Positions 1 through 12,759 of a DNA stretch of 64,000 nt are shown one piece after another. The position numbers and the translations under genes are program-made. Source of the stretch: Basidiobolus meristosporus CBS 931.73 (Eukaryota > Fungi > Basidiobolomycota); NCBI GenBank assembly GCA_002104905.1, contig MCFE01000111.1, forward strand, positions 62,001 through 126,000, read 5' to 3'. Position 1 is the stretch's first letter. Every line of letters starts with the position of its first letter. Under the pieces are notes generated by a model. It had not been told where the DNA came from. It saw nothing but the letters and a program-made list of their open reading frames with translations, and searched no databases.

Positions 1-1183
1 CTGGTTGCTCCATATATATAGTTTCTTGCAAATCCCCATTTAGAAAGGCTGCTTTGACGTCCATTTGGTGTAGATCTAGACTGTGTACAGCTGCCAGGGC
101 TAGAACTGTCCTAATAGAGTTAAACTTGGCAACCGGAGCAAATGTTTCCTTAAAGTCTAGTCCCTGGATCTGGGAATAGCCTTTAGCTACCAATCTAGCC
201 TTGTACTTATCAACGGCACCATTTGAGGTTATCTTGATCTTGTAGACCCATCTACATCCTATTGGCTTTCTCCCATTTGGTAAATCTACCAGTTCCCACG
301 TTTTTGCCTTGATCAGTGATTGGTACTCCTCCTGCATGGCTTGTTGCCACTTAGTAGCATCTGGACCTTGCATTGCCTGTTCCAGATTCTGAGGTTTGGC
401 ACATAAGGCAAGATAAGCTTCTTCATGATCATTGGATATCTGCCACCAGGATCCAGGGGCATTTCTTATTCTGGTAGATCTCCTAACTGGGATAATCTGT
501 TCTGATCTGGAACTGGTAGAAGTATCTTCCATCTCTGGCTGGATTTGGTACGTATCTTCCTCATTTGTGTTGATTGCATCATCAGGCAGCTGGCCAATGA
601 TTTCTGTGGCTTTCTGATCTGAATTCTCCTCAAATACAACGTCCCTGCTCTTGATCAGCTTCTGAATTTTGCCATCATACACTCTATACCCTTTAGTATC
701 TTCACAATACCCAAGAAAGATCCCTTTTCTACTCTTTGGTTCCAACTTTGAGCGTTTTTTGTCAGGGATGTGATAAAAAACATCACTGCCAAAGATCCTG
801 AGGTGCTGGAGATCTGGTTTTTTGCCTGTATATGCTTCAAAGGGTGTAGAATCACGTAGTGCTGTTGTTGGGCATCTGTTCTTGATGTATACAGTGGTAG
901 CAACAGATTCAGCCCAAAACTTGTAGTCCATTCCCTTATCATGTAGCATAGATCTTCCCATCTCTACTATTGTTCTATTTGCACATTCTGCTACTCCATT
1001 TTGCTGTGGAGTATGAGGAACTGTGGTCTGTTGAAGTATACCAGTAGACAAGCAGTATTTTGCAAACTCCTTTGAGCAGTATTCTCCTCCATTGTCACTT
1101 CGTAGTACCTTCAATTTACACCCAGTTTGTGTTTCTGCCATGTTCTTGAAGTGCTTAAACGTCTCTAAAGCTTCATCCTTTGT

Positions 1184-2731
1184 TTAGAGGAAGTACACCC
1201 ATGTATATCTTGTCTTGTCATCAATAAACGTCATAAAGTATCTCTTGGCTCCAAAGGACAGTGTTCTCATGGGGCCACATATGTCTGAGTGTACAATAGC
1301 CAATATTTCGGTAGTATTGATGTCTTCTGAGCTCTTGAAACGTTGCCTAGCTTGTTTGCCATATGAACATCCCTTACAAACATTCAATTTGATTGGAATT
1401 GAGTATTTTAGGCCCAAAACAAGCTGATTTTTCACCAATTGGCTCATTTTCTGTTCCCCTATGTGTCCTAGCCTCCTATGCCACGTCTCCCAGTTGGTTT
1501 CATCAGTTTCAGCAATGTTGACATACTCAGGTACAATGATCTTGCATTGTAACTTGTATATATTGTGATCTCTGATTCCCAAAGCTAATTTTTTTCCATT
1601 TTCACTCAATATTGAGCAGCTCAGCTTAGTAAAAACAAATTTCAGTCCCTGAGTAGTCGCTTTACTTACTGAGAGTAGGTTCTTAGCTATTCCAGGTACA
1701 TAGAGTACGTCAGTCAGTTTTGCTGTTATTGCCCCTGAGTTATCACTCATATTTAGTTGTATAGACCCACTAGCGGTAGCTTCCAATGCAGAGTTATCTC
1801 CCAGATAAACCTTTCTTACGGGAATAGTCTTTAAGTTGCTGAACCAATCCTTTATACCACAAATATGCTGTGATGCTCCAGAGTCAATATACCATTCATT
1901 ACTTTGGTTACTTGCACTCTCTTGTACAGTGACAAATAACTGTTCATCAGTAGTTATATGGTTTGCCTGCTCTAGTTTCTGTTTTTTGTCTGCTTGTTTC
2001 TTCTTGCATTCTCTTGCCCAGTGTCCTGGCTTCTTAAAGTAGTTACAGCAGCCAGGTTTTCTTTGGTTTTGTTGCTTTCCCTTCTTTTCTGTATGCCTTT
2101 CTGAACTGAATAAAGCATTATCTTCAATTTTCTCTGCTTGATGATTACGTCTGAGTTCTTCATGGAGAAGTCTTCCTTTGACATAGTCTAAAGTCAAGTT
2201 GTCTTCTCTGCTTTCAAAAGAAAGTATGAGTGGCTCATACTTGTCTGGTAGGCTGCAAAGCAGACAGAGTATCTTTTCTTCATCATCTACACCAGCATTA
2301 ATACTGTAAAGTTCTTCTGCAAGTGTCTCCATTCTGGTAATGAGTTGTAGCATGTCATCATCTGGCTTTTTTCTCATGTTGAAGAACTTTCGTTTCAAAT
2401 AAAGCTTGCTTGATACTGACTTTGCTCTAAAGATCTTCTCTAAGGATTCCCATGCTGCTTTGGCAGTATTTGAGGCATGGATTTGTCCAATGACAGAGTC
2501 TTGCACATTGATGCATATTGCATTGAAGGCCTTTCTCTCCTTCTCTTGAAACTTCTCCACATCTTCTGCTGTTCCTTTGGGCTCAACTTCCTTTCCTGTT
2601 ACTATCTTCCAAAGCTTTCTTTCCTCAAGGTGGATCTGCATCTTGATTCTCCAAAGTCTGTAGTTCTTCCCATCAAACCTCTCCTTTACAGGGAAGATGT
2701 TGGTATTGCTTTGTTTGCTGGTAGAAGTCAT
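1184..2731 (-). pseudogene. Copia gag-protease-integrase polyprotein ORF, prematurely terminated
   Basis: 515-aa ORF stops inside the integrase core; the downstream integrase continues in ORF 655-942. Confidence 0.9.
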
Positions 2732-2754
2732 CTTTAGAATAGATTAAGGCAATT

Positions 2755-2767
2755 GGGGCTCATAACC
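2755..2767 (-). promoter_or_regulatory. Primer-binding site GGTTATGAGCCCC (tRNA-iMet anticodon-arm type)
   Basis: Directly follows the LTR end (...GCAACA) on the minus strand; complementary to GGGCTCATAACC in fungal initiator tRNA-Met, as in Ty5/copia. Confidence 0.85.
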
Positions 2768-3136
2768 TGTTGCAATTTAAGAAGTGATTTGAATATAAGG
2801 AACTTATCAAGAAATAGTGATAATAGTTGAACTGTTGTTTATTCATAAAGAAGCTCAGTATTTATACCTTTGTAGAAGTAATACAGCTGCAACACTATGT
2901 AGGGAGGGTTTCTCAATATTCAGGAGCATTCTGTAACAGTTTCAGGGTTAGTACATAATGTTTGGTAATAGTGCTAATTTGATCCTGACTATAGGGGAAT
3001 AATCATAAGATCATATATCTAGAGAAAGTGGCAAAGTTAAGGCAGTAAATGAGTCCTACAGTGACTAAGATTAGCCTAGAATTGTTAAGTAAATTTTTAG
3101 CTGCTGAATGATACCAAATAGTCCAATATTTCATCA
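2768..3136 (-). repeat. 5' LTR of copia A copy 1 (369 bp)
   Basis: Plus strand starts TGTTGCAATTTAAG and ends AATATTTCATCA; same length as and homologous to the LTRs at 13674-14042 and 17986-18354. Confidence 0.92.
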
Positions 3137-3734
3137 GGTTGTTTCTTGTAATTCTAAGTAATATATGCACCAGCATAAAGATATATATATACCCAGTGGT
3201 AGAGCATCTGTCAATCAGATCTCTACCCCAATGTGAATCCCTATAACCATCATATTTCTGCCTATTAGCTGCTCCAGAGTAATCCAGTACCATATGTGTG
3301 GTAGGTAGTAAGTATCTCAAAATCTGCTTAACTGCTGTGATATGATCCAATCCATAATTCTGCATGAGTCAACTCACTGTTCCAGCTGCTACTGCAATAT
3401 CTGGACATGTTGACACCATCAAGTACATCAGGCTACAAACCATTGATTGATAGGGAAAGCTTTGGCCCATATTTGAGCCATTTTCACATAAAACTGGCTG
3501 AGATTTGATAACTTTAGATTATTGTCCATATGAGTAGCTGCAGGCATGCAATTTTACAATTTGAAGTGTCTAAGACTCTCCCTAATGTACTTAGACAGAT
3601 TCAGCACAGTTTCCTGTGCAGGTATGTTGAAATTATTTTAACTTCAAGGAAATAACTCCATTATCTAAGATCTTTCATCTCAAACATGCTGAAGAGATCT
3701 GATTTTGTCTGTTTAAGTGTCTCTTGGTCACTTG
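3137..3734 (-). mobile_element. Copia family A RT/RNase H fragment, the older copy that copy 1 inserted into
   Basis: Colinear with 14405-15005; degenerate YxDSxW motif in ORF 3003-3365. Confidence 0.85.
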
Positions 3735-5836
3735 TATTACAAGTCTTGGTGTAAGAGTTGTAGAGGAATAGGGAGTGTAGCTAGTATTTTATTCACTTAA
3801 ACTTGAACTGATCTTTATTGAGGTTCCAGCAGCCCCTTATATACATTTTTCCAGATGAATTGCTTACTAATTTATTTCCTAATGTAGGCTGTGGCTGATG
3901 AATCATTTGATTGCATCATCATCACCTAATAAAATCCTACTTAATATATCTATTTCTGTATGATAAGGATCTGCTGATTCATTTGCTGACTAATGCTACC
4001 AATTTGATAGATGATACTGATATACTGGTAAGCTAAACATATAACTAATTGACTTGACTAAGAACTGATAAACCTAAACATTCAAGTAGCAGATCATAGT
4101 ATTCTTCCCTACTAAAGCTGATAGGGTTCTCTTGGAGCTCTTTTCTTGTGATACCAATATCTTGATGGTTCAGTATTATCAGCAAGTCTTGCAAGCTTGA
4201 GTCTGTCCCTATGTACTAAGTCCTCATGTATATTGCCTTGTTTGTCCACTAGTTAGTAAGTTGCAAATGGATATTCTCTGATAATCTTGAATGGTCTTGT
4301 CCATTGTGGCTCAAGCTTCTTCCAAGTGTTGTTTCTTAGCAATACAAAGTTCCCAAATGTCAATGCTTCTGGTGCTATAGTCTTATCAAATCTCTGCTTC
4401 ATCTTTTCTGCACTTTGAGATACTTTGGTGTGTGCCTCTTGACATCTTTGTGGCATTTGCTGGTGTCTACTTGGCTGACTGAGTTCATCTTCTAAGGTGT
4501 CTATAAGCTTTGGTTGTGTGAGATCCCCTAGAATCCTTGGTTCACATCCATAAACTAAGTAAAATGGCAATTGTTGGGTGGTGTTGTGTACTCTGACACT
4601 GCATGCCAAGAGTGCTTGGTCTATATACTCATCCAATCTACTGACAACTCCATTTGCATACTTGGTCAGCATTTTTCCAAATAATCCATCAAACCATTCA
4701 GTGACTCCATTAGTTCTGGGGTGATATGCCAAGGTTTTCTAGTGTTTGATCTGCTGCACTTACAGGTAGGCTTCCAATGTCTTTGCCATAAGGCTTGCAC
4801 CTCAATTAGATAGAATCAACCGCAGAGCATCCAAACTTCATAAGGATCTCATGATAGATGAAACTTGCAACTTCTTGTTCACTGGCTATAGGTACAGCTT
4901 TGGCCTCTGGCCATTTAATGACATGGTCAATTGCTACTAGGATCCAACAGTTTCATTTCCTGGTAGTTGGCAGTCTTCCAATAAAGTCAATTCCCCATCT
5001 TTCAAATGGTCTGACAGGCTCCAAGGGAAAGAGTTTGGCAATTCTCTGTGGTTGGCCTTGTTTGATTTGGCAATTTGGGCATGTTTTCACTAGCTTCTTA
5101 ATGTCATGTTACATTCTAGGCCACCATGCTCTGGCTTTCACAAGGCTGTAGGTTCCATCAGTTCTAAGATGTCCATATCCATTGTGTAGCATATGTATTA
5201 AATCCAAGCAAGCAACATAAGGGCAATAGGCAATAGGGCTTCCAACAACAATTTGGTAGTGTTTCATCCTGTACTACAAATTTGCTGGCTTCATCCCGGA
5301 TTATCTTCTTGATATCTTCATCCACCTCATTAGGAATGGCTTGGTCCTCCAGGCACTTTGGTAAAAGGCTAGGCCAATCCAATTCATGCACCAAGTTGAG
5401 TTGTGCAACTTGTTCTAATCTTGATAAGGCATCAGCAACCATGTTGTGCTTTCCAGGGCAGAAGACAATCTCTAAATCAAATTGCTGAATGTATTCACTC
5501 CATCTTATCATTCTTCTAGAGCATACCTTCTGAGTAAATATATACTTGACAGAGGCATGATCAGTTTTCACAGTGCATTTGACTCCTTCAATATAGCATC
5601 CCCATGACTTCAAACAGTGTATTATAGCAAGCATCTCCTTCTCATGCACTGGATAGTTTTGTTCTACTGAGTTCAGTTTGATGGATTCAAAGGCAACAGG
5701 GTTGTCCTTTCCCTTGTGTTCTTGGCTCAACACTCCACCAATTGCATAATTTGAAGCATCTGTGCACAGAGTAATCTCTTTCCTGAAGTCAGGTATTCTT
5801 GAGCTTAGCAGTTTAGAAAGTTCATTCTTGAGTGTG
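3735..5836 (-). mobile_element. Ty3/gypsy remnant: RNase H, integrase and 3' LTR (LTR ~3735-4098)
   Basis: TDASNYAIGGVLSQ, NYPVHEKEMLAI and NMVADALSR motifs; integrase YHPRTNG and KLEPQWTRPFKII; LTR is the reverse complement of 11178-11542. Confidence 0.88.
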
Positions 5837-6287
5837 TTTTTTGTTGGCTGGCTTCTTCTTGCATTCTCTTGCCCAGTGACCTGGCTTCTTACTATACTTA
5901 CAGCATCCAGGTTTTCTTTGGTTTTGTTGCTTACCCTTCTTTTCTGTGTGCCTTTCTGAGCTGAATAAAGCATTCTCTTCAATTTCTCCACTTGATCATT
6001 ACATCTGAGTTCTTCATGGAGAGGTTTTCTTATGACATACTCTAAAGTCAAATTGTCTTCTCTACTTTGAAAAGAAATAGGAGTGGCTCACACTTGTCTG
6101 GTAGGCTGTAAAGCAGACAGAATATCTTTTCTTCATCATCTACACAAGAATTAATACTGTATAGTTCTTCCGCTAGTATTTCTATTCTGGTAATGAGTTG
6201 CAGTATGTCATCATCTGGCTTCTTCCCCATGTTGATGAACTTTTGATATAAATAAAGCTTGCTTGATACTGACTTGGCTCTAAAGAT
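5837..6287 (-). mobile_element. Copia family A gag fragment fused by deletion to the gypsy RNase H
   Basis: Homologous to 1990-2435; homology switches to gypsy sequence at ~5837. Confidence 0.8.
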
Positions 6288-6289
6288 CA

Positions 6290-7669
6290 AAAGTGTGAAT
6301 GTCAACCAGTACCATGATAGAGTCAGTTAAAAACTACAAACCTGACTCTTGCAGATTGAAGAAGCTTTTAAGTTATAGAATTGCTTCAGAAAGTAATATC
6401 TATTATGCTGTTTCTTACTTAATAGACTCAGCTTAGCAGCTCTACCACAATGAGGTCAGGTCAGCCATGATGATGGGATGCCCTAAAATTTCTATCAGAG
6501 ATGAGTTTATACTGGAAATTGCGGATCCTTTTGAACTTCCTCACTAAGAGATACTACTAAGAAGGAAGTGATAACACTCAGATAGAAAAGCAAGGCTCAA
6601 GAATACTTCTATGAGTATATGTGTCTACCTGAACTAATTGAAAGAATGGACCTCCTGGCTCAAGTTAAACACTTATTGATGGGTTGAAAGAAAGAGCTTG
6701 CAAGGAAGTGAGTTATTGATGACCTCAGAATATTGAAGAAGCCATCATGATTGCCATTGACTATGACTTAGCTATGTTTGATGCTGGGAAGCCCACAATG
6801 ACTAATCAGAAAGGCTACATTCACCATGAAAGAAGACAATCAGAAGCAATGCCATTGGAAATAGATGCTATGCAGGAAATCACACCTCATATGAATGTAA
6901 GAAGAAAGGAGTTTGCTTTTTTTGCCACCATCAAGGACATAGTGCAAAGCACTACCCTTGGTGAAGAAGTGGACACCTGCCAACAAGAACACTCAACCAT
7001 ACTGAAACCCTTGCACATAGTAGCAGGGAGGATGAGCCTGAAGGAGACTTAGAACTCACCTTACATATGATAGAAAAGTTCTTATTCAAAATGACCTCAA
7101 ACTCAGGAAAGCTATTATACCTGCATGGAGTAACCCAGACTAACTTGCCAAGAATATGATCAACTCTAAAGTATCACGCAAGTATATGTTAGAGCAATTT
7201 TCCTCAAAAGCTGGAATCAACTCAGAACCCACCATATCAACTTCATTTTGACAGCCAATAAGAACTTTTACATAATCAACTGTATTACTCAGCCAGTAGA
7301 AACAAAGATTGGTAACTATTGAGAAGAAATAAAGGCCTTTATATTTGGAAATTGCAAGTTTTATCTTGTGCCAGGGAAAATATGGCTTTTCTGGTGTGAC
7401 TTATCAATCAACCGGAGAACCCATGCCACCCAGATCCAAAAAGACAGCCAGACTAATGAGTTCTTACCTGCCAGACTGGATTTCAACTTGGTCAACTCCA
7501 GTGTGTGTGAAACAAGTGCACATAGCAAGACACAGTTCTCTGGGGTACCTAGAAAGAATACCCAGATGTTCCTCTTTATGGTATTGCAGGAGGATTCTTC
7601 TATTCTAATTTTCCAGGAGGCACAAACCCTTTTGAAGAAAAACTCAAATGTGTTTGCAGATGACCTTGT
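6290..7669 (+). mobile_element. Degenerate Ty3/gypsy-like gag-protease region
   Basis: Gag-like IEEAIMIAIDYD and MPLEIDA motifs, zinc-knuckle-like CFFCHHQGH in an adjacent frame, and LLKKNSNVFADDL linker cut by the LTR at 7670; many stops. Confidence 0.65.
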
Positions 7670-10600
7670 TGTTGAAATATTGGACTCATTGGTGCCATTC
7701 AGCAGCTGAAAATTTACTTAGCAATTTTAGGCTAGTACTTATCACTGAAGGACAAATTTATAGCCCTAACTTTGTCACTTTCTTAGTTCAATGATCCTAT
7801 GACAATTCCCCTGCAGCCAAGATTAAATTAGCACTCTTAAAAATAGTATGAACTAGCTTTGAAACTGGTACAAAGTGCTTCTGAGTGTTAAGTAACCCTC
7901 CTTACTTAGTGTCACAATTGAATTACTTCTACAAAGGTTGAAATATTGAGCTTGTTTATTAATAAACAACAGTTTGACTATTATCATCATCTCTTGCTAA
8001 GCTCCATTTATCCAAAACATATCTTAAATTATGTCAAGTTATTATCCCCAAATGCCTAAATCCAATCAAAAAGTGACATCTACCAGCATACAGAATAATG
8101 CAAACAGCTACCCTGTAATGAAGAAGTTTGATGGGAAGAGCTACAGACTTTGGGGAATCAAAGTGCAGATCCACCTTGAGGAAAGAGAGCGTTGGAATAT
8201 AGTAGCAGGAAAGGAAGTTCATATGTGTAAATGTGCAAGATTCCTTCATTGGATAAATTCATGCTTCAAATATTGCTAAAGCAGCATGGGAATACTTAGA
8301 TAAGGCCATCAGAGCAAAATGAGTAACAAACAAGGTTTAATTCAAAGAAGGCTCCTCAGAAGGATGAGAAACCCAGTTGAGAACACTGCACAACTAATTA
8401 CTGGAATGAAGACACTTGACAAAGAACCTAACAATATTAGTGCTGGTGTAGATGATGAAGAAAAGATGTTATGACTGCTTTGCAGCTTCCTAGACAGATC
8501 TGAGCCACTCATATTTTCTTCAAAGCAGATAAGACAATCTGCTATTATACTATGTTAAAGGAAGACTTCTGCATTAAGAACTCAGATGTGATGAGCAAGC
8601 TGAGAGAACTGAAGCTAATGCTTTATTTAGCTTAGAAAGGCACACCAAGAAGAAGGGAAAGCAACAAACTGAAGAAAGCCTGATTGCTGTAAATACTGTA
8701 AGAAGCCAAATCACTAGGCAAGAAATCTCAAGAGGAAGCAAGCAGACAAAAACAGAAGCTAGAGCAGCCAAACCATATAACTACAGATGAACAGTCTTTT
8801 GTAACTGTCAAAGAGAGTGCAAGTGTGCAAAGTATTGATTAGTATATGGACTATGAAGCATTACAGCTTATTTTCAGTATATAGAGTGGTTCAGCATCTT
8901 AAAGCCTATTCCTGTAAAAAAGGTTTATCTGGGGGAGAGCTCTGCATTGGAAGTTACTACAAGTGGGTCTATACAGCTAACTATGAGTAATAACTCAGGA
9001 ACTATAGCTTGCTATCACTCAGCTGAGCTGGTTACTATTAAGAAATAAAGGACAGAAATTTGCCTTAGAAACTAAAGATTGCAATGTATACAAGTTACAA
9101 TGCAACATCATTTTTCCTGAATGTATATGCATTGCTCAGGCTGCTGGAGCTAATTGGGAAACATGATATAGGGACTTGAACACATTAAGGAACAGAAAAT
9201 GGGTCAAATGGAGAATAATTGGCTTGTTTTGGGCCTAAATCACTTAATTTGAGTCAGATTGAGTAACTGAAAAAAATATTCTTATGGCAAAAATGCTAGA
9301 GGGTGTTTCAGAGGCTCAGGAGGCACTTTCACTATCTCAATATTGGCAATTGAGTGCTTGACATATGTTTTCCAGTAGGAATATTGTCATTTGCACACAA
9401 GAGATACTTTATGTCATTTATAAAAATAGTGCACAATATACATTGAGGAAGTCCCTCAGTACAAAGGATGAGGCATTAGAGTTGCTCAAACACTTCAAAA
9501 ATATGGCAGACATACAAACTGGGTTTCAATTTGAGGTTCTTTGAAGTGACAATGGAGGGGAGTACTGCTCACACAAGTTTGTAAAATACTGCTCATCTTC
9601 TGGTATACATTGGCACACCGCTGTTCCACATACCACACAGCAATACAGAGTAGCAGAACATGTAGATAAGACAATTATGGTGATGGGAAGATCTATGCTG
9701 CATGGAAAGGAAATGTATTTCAGGTCCTAGTTTGATCTGTTGCTACTGCTGTATTCATCAAAAATAACTGTCTAACAGCAGTGCTGCATGAGTCTACACC
9801 CTTTGAAGCATATCCAGGCAGCAAAATAGACCTCTAGCACCACAGAATCCTTGGCAGTGATGTTTTCCATAGCCTCCCTGACAAAAAAATGAGAGTAAGA
9901 ACCAGAAAGTGGAAAAGGTATCTATCTTGGGTATTATGAAGATACCAAAGGGTATAGAGTGTATGATGGCAAAATTCAGATGCCAATCAAGAGCAGGGTG
10001 TTGTAGCTGAGGAGTATTCAGATCACAAAGTCACTGAAATCATTGGCCAAGTGTGTGATGATGCAATCAACACAGTTGAACATGGTACAAACCTAGTTCA
10101 GCCAGATATGGAAGATAATTCCACCAATTCCAGAGCAAAGCCAATTATCCCAATTGTGTGATCTGCCAGAACAAGAAATGCCCCTGGTTCCAGGTGGCAG
10201 ACATCATATGATCACAAAGAAGCTTACCAAGCCTTATGAGCTAGACCTCAGAGTCTGAAACAGGCATTGCAAAGTCCAGATGCTGCTATGTGACAGCATG
10301 CCATGCAGGAGGAGTGCTAATCACTGATCAGGGCAAAAATATGTAAGTGGCTGATTTAACAAATAAGAGAAAGCCATCAGGATGTAGATGGGCCTCCACA
10401 ATTAAGATAACCTCAGATGTTACTGTTGATAAATACAAAGCTAGATTGATGGCTGGTCACTGTGGGACTGAACTACAGTTCTAACTTGGCCACTTTTGTC
10501 AGATCTATGATCCTATGATGTCTTATTACAGTCAAATCAAGTTAGCACTTATACCAATCATTATATATTAACCCTGAAACTGCTAAAGAATGCTCCTGAG

Positions 10601-10751
10601 TGTTGAGAAGCTCTCCTTACTTAGTGACACAGTTGTATTACTTCTACAAAGGTTTAAATACTGAGCTTCTTTAGGAATAAACAACAGTTCAACTATCAGC
10701 ACTATTTCTTAATAAGTTCTTTAGATACAATTTATTTGTTAATTTGTAACA
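7670..10751 (+). mobile_element. Copia family A copy 3, heavily degenerate and internally deleted (RT-RNase H, PPT and ~70 bp of the 3' LTR lost at ~10454)
   Basis: 5' LTR 7670-8036 starts TGTTGAAATATTGG; decayed PBS, gag, PR and IN follow. Just after the KARLVA-equivalent codons the sequence jumps to LTR sequence GGTCACTGTGGGACT, ending GTAACA at 10751. Confidence 0.85.
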
Positions 10752-11542
10752 GATCTCACACAACCAAAGCTTACAGTTACCACAAAAGTAAAACACAGTC
10801 AGCCAAGAAGACATCACCAACCAGAGCAAAGCTGTCAAGAGAAACTTGCCAAAATATCTCAGTGCGCAGAAAAGGTGAAGCAGATATTTGATAAGACTAT
10901 ATCACCAAAAGCATTGACAGCTGGGAACTTTGTATTGCTTAGAAACAGCACTTGCAGAAGTTTGTGCCACAATGGATGGGACCATCCAAGATCATCAGAG
11001 AATGTCCATGTGGAACTTACCAACTGGTGGACAAGCAAGGGAGTATCTGGGAAGATTTAGCTCATTGAGAAAGATTCTAGCTTGCTGGACCTGCCGACAA
11101 TACTAAAACATCAGGATATTAGTATCACAGTAAAAGAGACTCAGGAGAACCCTCTCAGTTTCAATAAGGGAAAAGGTTGTGACCTACTGCAGGAGTATTT
11201 AAGTTAGACCAGTTTTAGTCAAATTAATTAGTCTTATGCTTTGCCTATCATGATATCAGTGTTATCCAGAAAGTCAGTATTATCATTCAGCAGATGAATC
11301 ACCATATCTGTATGAGACAGATATGGGTAGATTCAGTAAGATCTAATTGGGTGAGGATAATGCAATCAAATGAGTCATCATCCACAATCTATATTAGGAG
11401 ATACAATGAGTCAGCAATTGATCTGGCAAAATGTATATAAGGAGCTGCTGGAATCTCAATAAAAATCTGCCCATGTTTTAGTAAATACAATACCAGCTAA
11501 ATTCCCTATTTCTTTGCAACTCTGATCTCAAGACCTGTAACA
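10752..11542 (+). mobile_element. Gypsy integrase C-terminus, PPT and 3' LTR (11178-11542)
   Basis: Reverse complement of 3735-4525; purine tract AAGGGAAAAGG precedes TGTGAC...TGTAACA. Confidence 0.82.
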
Positions 11543-12750
11543 AATGAGTAGGAGATACTTGTCATAATGTACTGCTCAAAGACATAGAGATGCTATATTA
11601 AAGGAGTCAAGTACACTGTGAAAGACTGCTCATGCCTCATTCAAGTATATATTTGCTCAGAAGGTGCTATAAGGAAGAATGACAAGATGGAGTGAAAACA
11701 TTCAGCAATCTGACCAGGAGACTGTTTACTGTGCTGGGAAAAATATCACCATTGCTAATGCCATATCAAGACCAGAGCAAGTTGCACAACTCAACCTGGT
11801 GTGTGGATCAAATTGGCCCAGCCTATTATCAGAGCATCTGGAGGGCAAAGTCATTCCTAATAAGGTTGCTGCACATTTCAAGAAGATTATATGGGATGAA
11901 GCCAGCAAATTTGTAGTACTGGATGAAGCACTGCACTAAATTGCTGATGGAAGCCCTATTGCCAATTGCCCCTGTGTTGCATGTTTGTATTTAATACACA
12001 AGCTAAATAATCAATATGGACATCCTGGAACTGAAGGAACCTTTTGGCTTGTAAAAGTTGGAGCATAGTGGCTCAGAATGAAACAAGATATTAAAAAGCT
12101 AGTCAAAACGTGCCCAAGTTGCAATTTCAGTCAAGGTGAACCACAGAGAATTGTTTAACACTTTCCCTTGGAGCCTGTAAGACCATTTGACTGATAGGAA
12201 ATCGACTTTGCTGGATGACTGCCAACTACTAGGAAATGTAATTTATGGATGCTAGAAACAATTGACTATGCCACTAAATGGCCAGTGAGTAGAGCTGAAA
12301 TAGTAGCTAGAAATAATGAATTGCAGGTTTCACTTGCCATGAGATCCTTATGAAGTTTGCATGCACCATGGAAATCATATTGGATAGAGGAGCAATCCTT
12401 TTGGCAAAAACATTAGAACCCTGCCTTGAAATGCGGCCAATCAAGCATCTGGAAACTTTGCCACATCACCTTAGAACCAATGGAGTAACTGTGCAACTTG
12501 ATTGATTATTTGGAAAATGAGTACCAAGAATGCCAATGGAGCTGTGAGCAAATGGGACAAGTATATTCACCAAGCACTGTTTGCCTGGAGAGCTAGGGTA
12601 CACAACCTAACCAAACAATTAACATCTTACTCAATGTATAGATGTGAACCAATGACTCAAGGAGATCTCACATAGCCAAAACTCACTAGTCTAGTAGACA
12701 CTAATAATTGGAACAAAAATGTCAGGAGGCACATGCCAAAATTTCTAAAA
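11543..12750 (+). mobile_element. Gypsy RNase H-integrase remnant interrupted by the preceding LTR
   Basis: Reverse-complement homology to ~4440-5650, with frameshifts and stops. Confidence 0.82.
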
Positions 12751-12759
12751 CTGCAGAAA

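Larger units (their letters stand above)
1..3136 (-). mobile_element. Ty1/copia LTR retrotransposon, family A copy 1 (5' LTR, gag-PR-IN and start of RT; runs off the left edge); defective
   Basis: Gag, zinc knuckle (C->F mutated: CCNYFKKPGHWAREC), protease WYIDSGAS, GAG-pre-integrase WHRRLGH and integrase HSDICGPM. Colinear with 15.2-18.35 kb. Stop at 1184-1186 splits the polyprotein. Confidence 0.95.

Noticed and set aside
5164-6051. 295-aa ORF that looks like a copia-gag/gypsy-RNase H fusion protein
   Set aside because: The copia part is mostly read out of frame and the join is a deletion junction at ~5837 between decayed elements; not a plausible functional chimera.
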